64,000 nt of DNA from NCBI RefSeq assembly GCF_009914755.1, contig NC_060942.1; one strand, written 5' to 3'. Below, in pieces: positions 12,032 to 25,710 of this stretch. A program made the translations under genes and the position numbers. The notes beneath the pieces are model-generated. The model had not been told where the DNA came from and did not search any database. It worked only from the letters and a program-made list of their open reading frames with translations. Positions within the stretch are counted from its first letter, which is position 1, and each line of letters opens with the position of its first letter. Origin of the DNA: the human T2T-CHM13v2.0 reference genome, Homo sapiens.

Positions 12032-12511
12032 TGAGGTAGGAGGCAGGACTCAAATCCATTGGTGAGGCTCAGACAGCAGACCAAATTGAGGACTAGCAAA
12101 ACAGGGACAGGATGAAAGCAGCTTTCCATAAAACACACTCACCGGTGTGCCATGTCAGTTTATCGTTGCCATGGCAACACCCAGATGTTACCGCTCCTTT
12201 CCATGACAACAACCTGACAACCCAGAAGTTGCCACCCTTTTCCTAGAAATGTCTGCATAATCTGCCCCTTAATTTGCATATAATTAAAAGTGGGTATTAA
12301 TATAACTGCAGAGGTGCCTTGAAGCTTCCACTCTGGGCATACTGCCTGTGGGGTAGCCCTGACCCACTAGTGTCTCTGCTACTGCTGTACACTGCCACTT
12401 CAATAAAAGTTGCTTTTAGCACCACTGGTTCGCCCATACATTTTTTCCTGGGCAAAGCCAAAAACTCTCCCAGGCTAAGCCCCAATTTTTGGGCTCACCC
12501 GCCCTGCATCA
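12032..12511 (+). mobile_element. ERV1 solo LTR, MER66-like
   Basis: TG...CA termini (tgaggtaggaggcaggactc ... gccctgcatca), AATAAA at ~12402, flanking ctt duplication. Confidence 0.8.
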
Positions 12512-12764
12512 CTTTGCCTTCTACAAAAACAGACTCTTCTGAGTTTCCTTCACCCAAGTAGTAGTGACTTCCTTCTCAGTTACTTTGTTACTCCTTCTTC
12601 TTTTATGACCTTCAGCTTCAGAATTAGGACGCCTGAGGGCTAAACCCAAGAGTCTTTTCTTCTCAGTGATGTTCTTTCCTGAAGCAGCTCATGTAATTCC
12701 ATTCTTCCAATAAATCCCTAATTTCTATTCAAGCTTAAGGTCTTGTTAGGCCCTTCCAGTACTG

Positions 12765-12915
12765 GCTGTCCAGTGAGTGCAACCTGGTCAGGCCCAGTGC
12801 GCAGAAGAATCCCGTGCATGCTTTGAGACATTGCGTTCAGTGTCTTGAAATTCCAACGAGACTCCCCACATTTTCATTTTGCACTTGGCCCCAGAAAATA
12901 TGTAGTTGGCCCTGT
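12765..12915. mobile_element. MER91-like hAT non-autonomous DNA transposon
   Basis: gtcttgaaattc...ccccacattttcattttgcacttggccccagaaaatatgtagttggccctg. Confidence 0.65.
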
Positions 12916-15356
12916 CTTCACTTGGATATTTTTCCATGTGAATCAAGCTCCAAGGATGTACGAATGATTCTGTGGTCTTCCCAAAGTATGCCCCTTTGTT
13001 ATTGCATGTCTCAGCAAGTGGAATACTATCAAACCTCTTACCAAGTTTGACACCAATGAGTCCTCCATGACATCAGCCACTTTCTTATCTTCAATATTCA
13101 GTTAATCACCAGGTATGATTTATCTGGACCTTCTAAGTACATAGTAAATCTGTCCACTTTTCTACTTCACCACTGTTAGACTCTCCTGCTGGAACTACTA
13201 AGATTGCTACTCTTTGGTTGTCTCCTGATAAACAAGCTTGGGTGCTTCTCTAATCCAAATTCAATTTTAATCTCATAGATACAGACATGCATCATTCTAT
13301 TTTTTTATATCTGCAAAATGACCTACTGTATATTCATTTTGAATCTTTTAAATGTGTTGAATGAATCTGAGTCTTTACGCAATGCAGTGTATTTTAGTAT
13401 AGACTGTTCACTATGTTCCAGGCATTTGAGAAGTAGTACAATAATTCTTGTCTAATTCATTGTGTTAAGTATACAGCAGGGAACCTAACAGACAAAAATC
13501 TATACCCTCATGAAGCTTATATTCTAGTGATTTATGCTTTTCCTTGAATAGTGCCCTTTCAGCGTATATTCTGTGATCGCTTATGTGACCCTGATTAACT
13601 CATAATTCCTTCTTCATACATATTGAGATTGTATTCATTGCTGTGTAAGAGTAAATTCTAAAGCATAAGCCATGAGTAGCTTTCTGTACATAGAATTTGA
13701 GACTCGATTTTATACTTACATTTTAGAACATCAGTTATCAAGGAAAAAGACTACTGTTCAAAAACAAATATTCATCTCCAGTTATTTCATTAGTCATTTT
13801 GATATGGCTTATTATCTGGCAGGAGAAGACAGCTTTATTCTCTTCAGAGGAAAGTTGGGGGGACTGAAATATGGACACGCCACCAAGTATGCCACCAGTT
13901 GTGTCAAATACACAGTGAATGCCATTTGTCACCATATTAAAATATTCTCATTAAGAAGTGATAAACTCTTGTTATAAATGTTAACATCTTCCACAGCAAG
14001 TAGCTTTGTACTTAGTAGTTTCCTAAAACTGTTTGATAGATAAACCTATTGATGAATGAACAATGTGAAGTGGATCAGGAGTTTCAAAAGTACACTTTTC
14101 AGTGCAAAATGGTCTATTGGGAATTAGTAAAATAATTCTTGTTTAAAAGAAACTCAGCTACTTCCATCTTATTTCTTATGTTGCTTGTTAGAGATCTTGT
14201 CTTCAGCCTTCTGACTAAATATAAATGCAGAATAAGGAATTTATTCTAACAAGTTCTCAAACACATTTCACTAAAGCTGTGATTCTTATAACAGCATGAA
14301 GATCCAAGAAAATGAAAATCAAGCCTGTGGCCTTTCAATATTATTTGCTTCCAGAATGATGGCTATTTATATTTAAAAGATTCTGTACTAGAGATAAATC
14401 AACATAGTCATATAAATCAACATATTCAGATAATCTTCCAAAAGGATAACTGAGGTCAAAGTTATGGAGCTTTGTAAACCACTGTGAGAAAAATTATCTG
14501 CAACTCAAAAACAGGAAAAGATTACTGATTATTCTGTCAGCACCAGGCTTATGCCTTTGATTAACTTTATGATGACAGGTATTTCATAATTCCATTGGAG
14601 CACAGGCTAATTTGTAGATTTTTCTGGTAAAGATGCAAATAACATCAGTATGGTGGAAGAGAGAGCCTCAAAATTATAGTCATTGTAATCATTTTTGTAT
14701 CCAATTTAGTTATCTTATTTTGACATTCCTTTACTACTCTGCCTATAAATACCTAGCTTCCGAAATGTTTTTTAGGCTGGTTTTACCATCTAACTGGTTC
14801 ATTAATATTAATGAGTTCAGTACAATCTTTGACATACATGCATATTATATTTGTATGAAAATCACATTTTCTAATTTTTTGAAAAATTATATTTTAATAA
14901 TAGTTGGACTTTTTTACTCACTACCTTTTCTCTTTATTTTAATAGGTCTACAATTCCTTTAAAGGGGGCGCCAAATGGGTAGGAGGGCATAACTGAATGA
15001 ATTTCGTACTCCAAGCCTAGTCTTTCGACTAACTTGCCACCAGATTTTTGTCTGTCAGGTTCCCTGCTGTATACCTAACACAATGAATTAGACAAGAATT
15101 ATCCGACTACTACTCAAATTCCTGGAACATAGTGACTACTCTAAAAATTTATTTTAAAATGTAAAATGTGTATGTAACAATAAAGTAATTTAGAACCCCT
15201 CACCCATAAATGGTGTTGTACTAGTTGGTGTGTAAGTATGAATTCTAAATAGTAAGTTTTAAGTAGTCTTCCATAGGTACAATTTGAGACTCACTTCTTA
15301 CTTAAATTTTAGAATATCCCAGTTGCAGAGAATAAACATAACCTTTCATTGTATTT

Positions 15357-15897
15357 ATATATATACTTCAAGTTCTGGCATACATGTGCAGAATGTGCAG
15401 GTTTGTTACATAGGTATACATGTGCCATGGTGGTCTGCTGCACCCATCAACCTGTCATCTACATTAGGTATTTCTCCTAATGCTATCCCTCCCTTAGCCC
15501 CCAGCACCCTGACAGGCCCCAGTGTGTGATGTTCCCCTCCCTGTGTCCGTGTGTTCTCATTGTTCAACTCCCATTTATCAGTGAGAACATGCAGTGTTTG
15601 GTTTTCTGTTCCTGTGTTAGTTTGCTGAGAATGACGGTTTCCAGCTTCATCCATGTCCCTTCAAAGGACATGAACTCATCCTTTTTTATGGCTGCATAGT
15701 ATTCCATGGTGTATATGTGCCACATTTTCTTTATCCAGTCTAACATTGATGGGCATTTGGGTTGGTTCCAAGTCTTTGCTATTGTAAATAATGCTGCAAT
15801 AAACATACGTGTGCACGTGTCTTTAGAGTAGAATGATTTATAATCCTTTGGGTATATACCCAGTAATGGGATTGCTGGGTCAAATGGTATTTCTGGT
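15357..15897 (-). mobile_element. L1PA (L1PA7/8-like), 5'-truncated 3' end
   Basis: ORF2 C-terminus in ORF 15564..15905 (PAIPLLGIYPK...WNQPKCPS); perfect 15-bp TSD cctttcattgtattt at 15342-15356 and 15898-15912 with a TTTT/AA endonuclease site. Confidence 0.95.
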
Positions 15898-16021
15898 CCT
15901 TTCATTGTATTTTAAAGCTTCACTTCCTCAGCACATACACTGAAACTGAAGCAATTAAAAAGTATATTGCCATGAGCCCTACACAAATGACTTGCATGTG
16001 TATGAATCAGTGTCTGTATAT

Positions 16022-16143
16022 ATTTTAAAGATGAGGTCTCACTGTGTTGCCCAGGCTGGTCTCCAACTCCTGGGCTCAAGTGATCCTCCTACCTTAGCCT
16101 CCCAAAGTGCTGGGATTACAGGCATGGGCAGTCACAACTGGCC
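16022..16143 (-). mobile_element. FLAM / Alu left monomer
   Basis: gaggtctcactgtgttgcccaggctggtctc...gctgggattacaggcatg...ggcc; single monomer. Confidence 0.85.
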
Positions 16144-16189
16144 TAGTCCATATTTTTATGCTACCTTTTCCACGAAGCTTACTACTAAG

Positions 16190-16909
16190 CACTAAACTCT
16201 GATCTTTTTTCTGTCTTGCCCAAATTCCTATTAAGGGGCTTGAGAAGTCACACCTTACAAACAGTAAAATCTCATCAGATAGGTTTTATTTAACCCTATA
16301 TAATGTGACTTACTTTCCAATCTGACTGTGGCATAACATCACATGACAAAAAAGGAAATCAAGATATTTTACCCAAAATATGTTTCTTTACTATACTTTT
16401 GAAGTGGCCCTGAAAACTGTCTTTTGTGGGAGAAAATCGGTATCTGTAAAGAATATCTATTAACATAATTAGATCTTTTTCCTTCCAGGCCCTCCCAATC
16501 CTGAAGAGATTAACTGATCTGAAAGACTGGCACCTTTCAAAAGTCTAAATAGGAAACACTTGCCATATATTTTCTCTAAGCCCTCTCTGCCCTGACTACC
16601 TCCTTAAGATGTCCTGCCCTTCGAGGCCAAACCAATGTACACCTTACATGTACTGATTTATGTACTTGCCTGTAATTTCTGCCTCCTTAAAATGTATAAA
16701 AATCAAGCTGTAGCGCAAACACTTTGGGCCAATGATCTCAGGACCACTCCTCAGGCCATGGTCACTCATATCTGGCTCAGAATAAATCTTTATTTTATTT
16801 AATATATTTTTGATATTTGATTTTTTTGATATTTTGATTTTTGATATTGAATATTTGATAAATATTTATTTATCAAATATTTTACAGAGTTTGGCTCTTT
16901 TCATTGACA
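16190..16909 (+). mobile_element. MER4-family ERV1 LTR
   Basis: MER4-type motifs gccaaaccaatgtacaccttacatgtactgat, ggctcagaataaa, and end tttacagagtttggctcttttcattgaca. Confidence 0.8.
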
Positions 16910-17099
16910 CCCTGATTCCTCCAGCTTGAAGCAGTATCTTCCTCATTTAAAATTACAATTGTACTTTATCTCTTTACATGTTACATGATTTTGTATTTGC
17001 AAAGAATGAGTAGCATGTAACTTAAAATTGTAACTGTTTCATTCTTTGCCTAAGTCTATATCATTGAATACTGTATACATTACGCATTTTTATGTAGTT

Positions 17100-17380
17100 A
17101 TCTATATTTAAATGTAGAGCGTTATAATATTATAATTTGTCTCACATAACAGATAACAACTTTCCATGCCTACACTCATGCTTTTAAAAGATTTTCTGGG
17201 AATTAATTTTAGGAATTTGCTATAACTTATTTAATTGACCATCTACTAATGAGCAGTTAGTTGTTTTTAGCTTCCTGCTACTTTAAACAGTGATGCACCG
17301 AATATCTTTATAACTTTGCATATGTTCAAAGTATTCTGTAGGATAATTTCCCAGAAGTAAAATTGTTGAGTCAATTTGAG
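17100..17380 (-). mobile_element. Degraded L1ME fragment
   Basis: ttgtttttagcttcctgcta...gtaggataatttcccagaagtaaaattgttgagtca resembles antisense L1M ORF2 3' sequence. Confidence 0.5.
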
Positions 17381-17789
17381 AAGTTGATAGCTTTCTTTGT
17401 TTCTGGTGCATCAATGATAGGGCTTGGCTGCCACAGCCCTGGATTTATCTTACTTCTTCATTCGTTGAACGGAATATGTAAATTCCCTGAGCTCAGCTTC
17501 CACATTCTGAGGAGAGGAGATCTGAGCATGGATCAAACGTTTACTCCTATCTATTCAATTATAAATAGGAAGCAGTGAGACTGTGCAGTTCTACCGTGGC
17601 TGCATTTCTCAGAGAGGGGGAGCTATCTATTTGTCTCTCTATATAAATTCATATAAACTCTAGGAAATATAAACCAATGTCCACAGTGGCTATCTTTCTG
17701 GGACATAATATATATAATTTACTCTTATACTCATTATAAAAAATATTTGTATTTGAATCAAAACAAAACTAAAATAAATTCAATTTTGG

Positions 17790-18270
17790 GGGTCTCCTTT
17801 GTTATACGAGATAAAATCTGAACTGCGTGGATGTCATGAAATGCCGGTCACTATCTGGCTCCAACCTTTGTGGCCAGACTCTGCTCTGTCATCTTTTCCA
17901 ATAAATTCCAGCCCTCAACCACACAGGAAACCACAGAACCCTCATGGTTTCCTGAGCTCATCATGGACTTTCATACCTCTGTAACTTTGATTATGTTGTT
18001 CTCTTGACCTAAAAACATTTCTCACCATCCTTCACTTGAAAAAAATCAAATCAAATCAACATGAAAATCAAAGCCAAACTAAAATGCTGTCTTCTTTGTG
18101 AAGTTATTTTCTGTTTTCACCTAAAAAATCTAGCACAGCTTAAAGGTTAATTGTGTATTTCTTTTCAACTATATAACTTCAAGAGTAAAGATGCTGTATT
18201 CCTTCATATTCTCTAGTATTAAAATAACAAATAATAACAATGATAATAATAACAAATGAATGAGTGAATG
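17790..18270 (+). mobile_element. L2 3' region
   Basis: L2-like body ending aaatgaatgagtgaatgaatg. Confidence 0.55.
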
Positions 18271-18331
18271 AATGTGAAGCATGCCATGCGCTTTTTCACT
18301 AAGGATTGGCTACCAACTTAGTTTCCCATAG

Positions 18332-18652
18332 CGGGGGTTCCCAACCCCTGATACCGGTCAGAGGCCTGTTAAGAATCAGGCTGCACAGCAGAAACTGAGC
18401 AGCAGGCAAGCAAGCATTACCACCTGAGCACCACCTCCTGCCAGATCAGCGGAGGCATTCGAGTCTCATAGGAGCGTGAAACCTACTGTGAATTGTGCAT
18501 GCCAGGGATCTGGTTTGTGTGATCCTTATGAGACTCTAACGCCTGATGATCTGAGTTGGAACAATTTCATCCCAAAACCATTCCCCACTCATCCATGGAA
18601 AAATCATTTTCCACGAAACCGGTCCCTGGTGCCAAAAAGTTGGGTACTGCTG
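18332..18652 (+). mobile_element. MER1B-like hAT-Charlie DNA transposon
   Basis: Ends cgggggttcccaacccc ... aaaaagttgggtactgctg; imperfect 8-bp TSD tcccatag / tcctacag. Confidence 0.85.
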
Positions 18653-19529
18653 TCCTACAGCCGATTAGTAGATTATGATTTTGCAATGCATACAGTCACA
18701 GTCACAAGCTTTCTTCTTCTCCTTTCAGGGTTGCATCCTTGCTTCATTTTTCACAAGTTTCTACCAAACAAGTCTGTTCACTGGTAGCACTCTCATTCCT
18801 TTATGAAGATCCTGTTTCTCCAAGGTCTTACACCATTTCTCAATTCTCTCCATCCCAGGAGCTTCCCTTCTCTGTAGTACATCCTTTCCCACACACTATC
18901 TGCCCGATTGTGGAATGTGCAGTATTCTGGACATAAAAGATCTTCACATCCTGGTGCTATGAAGCTATAAGAGCAGACTCAAGCAGTAGTTTCCTTCCAT
19001 CCAATTTCCTGGTAGCATAAGTCTAAGTTTGTTAAACTTTCTTCTGTGTAAGAGCAATAATTCTCAATGACCAAGAAAGATGGAGAAAGGCTATGGGATG
19101 GTCTTCTTCAAGGGAAGACGTCTGAATATTTTCAAACCTATGCATTCCCTGCCAGATTTACCTCTTATTCTGACATGTCTCTACATCTTTATTTACCCCT
19201 TTCCCTGGGGAAGAAGTAGTCCTTAACAACTATTAGAAGATTAATATGAGAGAAGGTTCAGACATACACAGTCTTTGGGAAAAGAGTAAGTGATCCTTTA
19301 GGATAATGGAAGAAAAAAATGACAAGTGAATCAAAATTGTATATGGGTACTCATTAGGCACAGAAAGATTGAGATCAAACTCTGCAGATTTTTTTATGTA
19401 ATTGAATTACAGTTAGAGAATATTTAAGGTGAGTTACAAATAATATTAGGGTAAAAGGTGAGGCAATAGTGAGGAATACGGAAAACACTAAGAAGCCCAG
19501 CTTTCTCAAGAAAATACCTGCTATTTAGT

Positions 19530-19720
19530 AGGACCTTCATATTCATTATGTCTTTTTGTCACAACTAGCAAGGTTGATATTATTTTCACTGTACAGAAAA
19601 ATGAACTGAACATGAGGGAGGGGAAGACTTCAGACCAAGGTCACACAGAAATGGAAAGCAGAGCTGCGATGCAAGCCCAGGTCCATTTCTGCTTTTTCTT
19701 TTTCCCCCTGCGTTTTCCAC
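19530..19720 (-). mobile_element. MIR fragment
   Basis: ccaaggtcacacag...gcagagctgcgatgcaagcccaggtc. Confidence 0.6.
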
Positions 19721-20099
19721 AGCACCAGTGAACCTCATGCTCAGGTTTACAATGCTCCTAATTTTCAGACATGGTGTTGAGAGCCGGGGTCACAGACATA
19801 ATACGAAAAGGAAGAGAAGTTGTGTATTTAGATTGTGCTGCTAACAATGTTGACTCACATATTTTGGTGTGGATGAGTAGTTAATTAGTCCAAACTGATT
19901 TGTGACAGGGGAAATACTGAAGTCATATGACTAATATTTAAGGCAATGAACACAGGCATCTCTGATTATTTCCAGTGCTGACTCAATGTTTCATATGCAT
20001 AACCACTGATGATTTATTTGGCTTACTACTTGGCTTACCTTAAAGTGTTACAAAGGTGATTGCCAGTGATTCTTCCTATGCACTAGTAACTAAACAGTG

Positions 20100-20320
20100 A
20101 CTGAATTTTGCCCTGGGCCAGGGACTGTGTTAAACATTTTCATGGGTTATCTCATGTGATGCTCATGAAAGATTTAAGAGTTAGGTAATATTATTATCCT
20201 TACTATATTTATTGTACAAACGAGGCTCAGTGGCTAAGTAACTTGCCCAAGACTACAGATAAAATGATATTGAAGGCATACTATTGATTCTCAAAGCCAT
20301 CAGGTTAAATCATGTGCTTA
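20100..20320 (-). mobile_element. MIR fragment
   Basis: ttattatcc...gaggctcagtggctaagtaacttgcccaag. Confidence 0.65.
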
Positions 20321-22685
20321 GCATTTCAACCATTAGAATGATGTTATCTCACTTGGAAAAAAAAAGTCATTTATAAAACAAATACATTAAAACCACCATT
20401 CTGTGAGCAAAATTAGAGAATAATGAAGAATAGTTAGGTCAGTGAAAATTATATGCTTAGAAGATTGGTGTTGGTGGAATTTTTAAATTTTACACTGCAA
20501 AAGCCATCCTTTAATCTAAGAGTGGTAGAAACTTGTATTTGAGATTTTCATACAAAACCGAATCGTGTATGAAAATAGTGTAACTTATAAACAGTATATA
20601 AGTGCTGGTCAGAAAGAGTGCACGGTCTCTCGGTGTGATTGGGTCATTTTTACTGTTCCCATCAGAGACAGTGTGTATCCATGACAACAGGTGCTACAAG
20701 TGCATTGCATTGTTATAAACTCTCCGGGCTTACAGATTTTATTCATCCAGGTTAAAAATATATATATTCTTTCTCTTGTTTAGACAAATAAACATTAGCC
20801 TTTACATTAGCATGAAAAGTGTTCAAAATGTGAAGTTTGTTTTGGGTTTGTTTTATACGTAAGAAAAAAACATATTTAAATTTTTAAATTTTTTTTACTA
20901 TGTGTTTTTCCTTTGTATTAAAATTTACCTCTCCTTACCACAAATTTTCTTTTGTTTCATTAATTTCAGGCATGCATGATTGTGTTTGTCTCTTGAAATA
21001 TTAATGTAGATTCAATATCTGACATTGGCTTTTTTTTTTCTTGGTTTCTTGAGTAGAATCAAAGTAGAACCACAAAAATGTAATTTAAGTGCTACTGCCA
21101 TTTAGCCTTAGGACTCACAGACCCCAAATCAGAATATTTTTTCAATTTTAATAGTTTTGTTTTGAAAAATCACATTTCTCAAATAATAATATTTAGTTAC
21201 TGAAAAATGGCATACATCATGATGCCAGTAACATACTGATTTCTCCTTTAGATGTCATCCATTTATGAGCAAATAGGGCCACGTAATGACACTGGAGCCC
21301 TAGAATGGGCTGGTTTCCTCCCCGACACTTTGTCAGAGGAAAATCTCATCAGTGGTTTTCTTCTAGAGAATCCTATGATGTCAAAGTCCCACTTGCAACA
21401 CCTCCAGATATTCTTGTATTGTGCTAACTCCCCAGCTCATTGATCTCTACCTTTATTTTTCTGTCTAAAGGTCTGAGATAGGGAGGAGTGTTGGGGAAGA
21501 CTGGAGAGAGAGAAAGGCAAAAGCGTGTCTTTCTATCCATGTAATTAATTTTTCTACGCGAGGGCAAAACAGCATTTCAGTTTTTTTTTCTGTAAAGCTA
21601 TAACTTGTACAGTTCTATAAGGAGTTTGCTTCCCATTTTATATATATTTTAGTTTCTTATGATAGAAAATGACTTAATATCACTTTGACTATGGCTTTTT
21701 AAATAAGGATTTCAGAGGAAGGAATAAAGACAGTGAGGGTGGAAGGCAGGGAGAGAAAAGTAGCCTAATAAAAAGAGAATACAAACTGTGGAGACGTAAT
21801 AAGGCTTTCCTGCACTCATGCTGTGTCAAACTCATCCCAAATCAGGGAAAGAGGAAGGGTTCTACAATTTAGCAGGAACAGGAAGGCCAGGAAAAGATAG
21901 TAGCCACAGGTCAGTTTCCCTAGTTACCTTGTTGCGACCATAGATCTAACACCTCAGAGAATGTGGGACTCTGGGTGACTGTTGTACAGCAAGCAATTTC
22001 CGCAGCCACTTTAAGGAGGCCAGCAGCGAGGAGAAAATCCCCAACATGACAAAGGCCTTCTGTTCTATCAATTATTTTTTTCTATCAATTTGTAGTGATT
22101 CCTTTTCTATTTGACAATGGCTGTAGATACGCTGTTTGTAAGTATGGTTGATGGGTAGGAAAATTATGAATTAGAAAATAGTTGTATCAGTTAATGAAAT
22201 ACAGATCAACTAAACATCTTGGACCAAACTGGAGATGGAAATAAAATCCCGTCCGGGGAGGTGAAGGGCACAGCAGGGCATGGGGGTGGAAATTCTTCCA
22301 TACAAAGTAAAAATCCATTGCCAAAACTCAAAGGTGCCCAGTGCAGAGGGGATGGGCAGGGACACTCCTTGGAGAGATGGAAGAGCACCAGAAGCCTCAT
22401 CCTGTGTGAGGGTTTGACAGGTGGGACTGGGAGCCCGAGTTGTAGTTCGGTTTGGGTGTGTATCTCTACCCAGTCTCCAGTGGGCACTGTGAGGACCAGA
22501 GCAGCACAGCCACCACACTGCTAACTATAAGCTCATGCCACTCATTTTATGGGATTCTGACCACTTTGCACTTTTCCACAATCTAAGGAGGCCTTAGTAG
22601 ACTTAAAGAGCTGAACGCTTTACTCTGTACCAGAACCTTGTGAGTTAGCCACCACTGTCCACATTTCATGAGAAAAGAAACTAGA

Positions 22686-22928
22686 GGCTGGATGCAGTGG
22701 CTCACACCTGCAATCCCACCACTTTGGGAGGCTGAGGCGGGCAGATCACTTGAGGTCAGGAGTTCGAGACTAGCCTTGCCAACATGGTGAAACCCCGTTT
22801 CTACTAAAAATACAAAAAAAAAAAAAAAAAAAACATTAGCTGGGTGTAGTGGCACATGCCTGTAATCCCAGTCACTCGGGAGACTGAGGCAGGAGAATTG
22901 CTTGAACCTGGGAGGCAGAGGTTGCAGT
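22686..22928 (+). mobile_element. AluS, missing its 3' end and poly-A tail, inside a MIR
   Basis: Alu sequence stops at gaggttgcagt; MIR-like flanks gaaactag | ggctccagagaag. Confidence 0.9.
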
Positions 22929-23083
22929 AGGGCTCCAGAGAAGTTCAGCATGACCCCAAGATTGATACATTTCTACAGTACACACTTTGCCTGCACTGCA
23001 AAATTCCCAAGCAATTATTTTGGTGTTTATAAAGCTGGAGGCAGAGACACTTTGATGCTTTCTTTTCTTAAAAAATAACTCCT

Positions 23084-23423
<340 letters not shown>

Positions 23424-24788
23424 TCACTTTTTTTTATTTAAAATACCTAGGTAGTCCTGATTTATTTTAAAAGAAAGAAAAAAAAAAGCTGCCTGTCCTG
23501 TAACACACAAATTTCTTCACTGTAGCTGTTCGTGTAGCTAAGTAGAAACATACATAACAAAAGTTGAAAATTCATCCCTGACGCAAGATAATGTTAACTG
23601 TCCAGTAGAAATAAGATAAAATGTTGCATAAATAAAATCATGCATGCTAACTTGACATAATAGCCTTTTTTTATATTGAATGACGTGTGCAAACAAATGC
23701 ATCATAAATGAAATTGCAGCAAATACTGGGGCATGAGAAGATCTCATCAGTAGTTAAGAAGTATTCTAACACTAGGTAACTGTGTCCAGGTTGCTCAAAA
23801 TGTGGTGACACGAAACAATGATATAAACTGTGAAGAAAATAGATGTTGTTGAAATAAGAAAGAATAGCCAAGAAATGCCAAAGACTTGAACTTTGTACTA
23901 AGCTGTTACTTACCTGTTAATTTCAGCAGTAGATTGTTAGCTCATGAGAGTCGGGAATGAAATAATTTACTTTTTATTTTGTGCCCCCTCCCCTCACCTT
24001 TACCCCAAGCATAGCGACCTACATGAAAGATACACAATAAATGCTCAGTGAATAATTAATTGATTGATGTGGACTGTTTGAGATTTATCAACCTAAAATG
24101 AAAGCCTCTGTCAGACTTCCATTGTCCACATAAATGCCCAGAGATGAAGGATGGTTATCAGGTAGAAAACGAACCATGTAAAATACCCAGGAAGTATTTG
24201 AACTTTTAGGACATCTTCAGTATAAGAGAATATAAAGGAATAGTGATATAAGAATATACAGGTTTGCAAAAGGCAATTAGAACAAGAAGTTTTCATATCA
24301 TCAAGTATCATTTAAACTATTCTGAACAGTACAAATTTTAGGAGAAAGATCTCAGTCAAGGTTAGAATGGAGTAAAGTGGTTAGCAGCATTTTTTTTTTT
24401 ACTTTTTTAACCAAGTAAGAGAAAAAGAATTATAATTTTTCCATGCAGCATTTTTTCTAAAGCTAGAAAGTAGTTTTAGTTTCTATAGGATTTGTCACAG
24501 TCCCTTGTAAAGTCAGAGCTGTTAACTGGGCAAATTCTTGGTGGCCTCAGGGTCTTTCTCAAACAGGGATGTGAATCCTCCATCTTTAGATGGCATTAGC
24601 TTTCAGCTAAGCCTCTATTTCAGAGGGCATGGTTTTCCCACCGCTGTGAGGAACACAGAAAGAACACGTAGAAAGAAAATCCACTGAGGCCATTGTGTAG
24701 CTTGCTGCCCTCCTGCATTTCCTTAATCTGCTGGAAATTTCATTTTCTGATGCTTTTCTTTTCAATAGGAGAAAGAAAAGCCAGCTTT

Positions 24789-24813
24789 GGGGGGAGGGGA
24801 TGGGGGAGTGGGG
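24789..24813 (+). other. Canonical G-quadruplex motif
   Basis: G6-A-G4-AT-G5-AGT-G4. Confidence 0.6.
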
Positions 24814-25611
24814 AAAGTACCCACTAGTTATCTAACTTTCCATACTTTTTCCAGTTTTTGAGGTTTTGAAGTCGTCAGTGGCTGATAAGCAAGCACTGTG
24901 TTCCCTATCTGTAGATTTTAGGAATCCTGACTATTTAAAAGGGCTCAACTGTTCTTTGGCCTGTAGCCTCACAGAGCAGTCTATCTATCCAATATAACAC
25001 ATTTTTTTACAACCATAGGGGGAGTATTGGGCTCCTCTTTTGTGGAAGTGACAATTGCTTTTCACTGAGTGCCGCTAGCATCAGGTGCTTAGACATAGAA
25101 ATGCCTAACTATAATTTTCACAAAGAAGGAGAAGGAAGATATGAAGAGGGAAATTCCAGTTCTTGCCACCAATTCTATGACAGGTGACAATCCACTCCTG
25201 TGAGAATCTGGCAGTTTGGGGGTGGCTGTTGGCAGGAAGAAAGAGATAAATAAGGTAACATATACAATTCCTATCTTGCAGAAATTTTTCCCCAGCCTAA
25301 TGAAAATAACAATAGCAATACCAATTACTGGTAAGCATCTTGGAACAATGAGCCAAAATAATGCCTTCATTAATACCTAAGCTTTGTCACTGTCAGAAAG
25401 CCAGGTTCTCAGTTCCACAATTCTAAGGGGTTGTGAGAGTGGAGGCATCCAAATAGGTGCTGGATATTATGCTGGAGAAGGCAACTGGGCATGCTAATGT
25501 ATGACTTTTACTAGTCTGAGCCACGGACAGGCAGCACAGTCATTAACTAAGTACATGTGAGATACACAAAATCCCAGCCTTGCCCACCCCCGTCCCCATG
25601 TATTATTGAAT

Positions 25612-25710
25612 TGTCAGAGGTGTTTGAACTCCAGTGACTCCATCTTGAATAGGGGGTGGATAAAATAAGACTGAGACCTACAGGGCTGCATTACCAGGAG
25701 GTTAGTCATT
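25612..25710 (+). mobile_element. MER41B solo LTR, 5' piece
   Basis: tgtcagaggtgtttgaac...ccatcttgaatagggg; preceded by TSD gaat (25608-25611). Confidence 0.9.

Larger units (their letters stand above)
11900..13260 (+). mobile_element. L2 fragments hosting later insertions
   Basis: L2-like pyrimidine-rich segments at 11900-12030, 12512-12760 and 12916-13260. Confidence 0.5.

Noticed and set aside
14957-14973. CTCF-like motif tttaaagggggcgcc
   Set aside because: Only the 3' half matches the consensus; the 5' CCASY core is absent.
21230-21443. Acceptor-like ctgatttctcctttag followed by a 63-aa ORF
   Set aside because: No recognisable homology and no clear downstream donor; such sites are common by chance.
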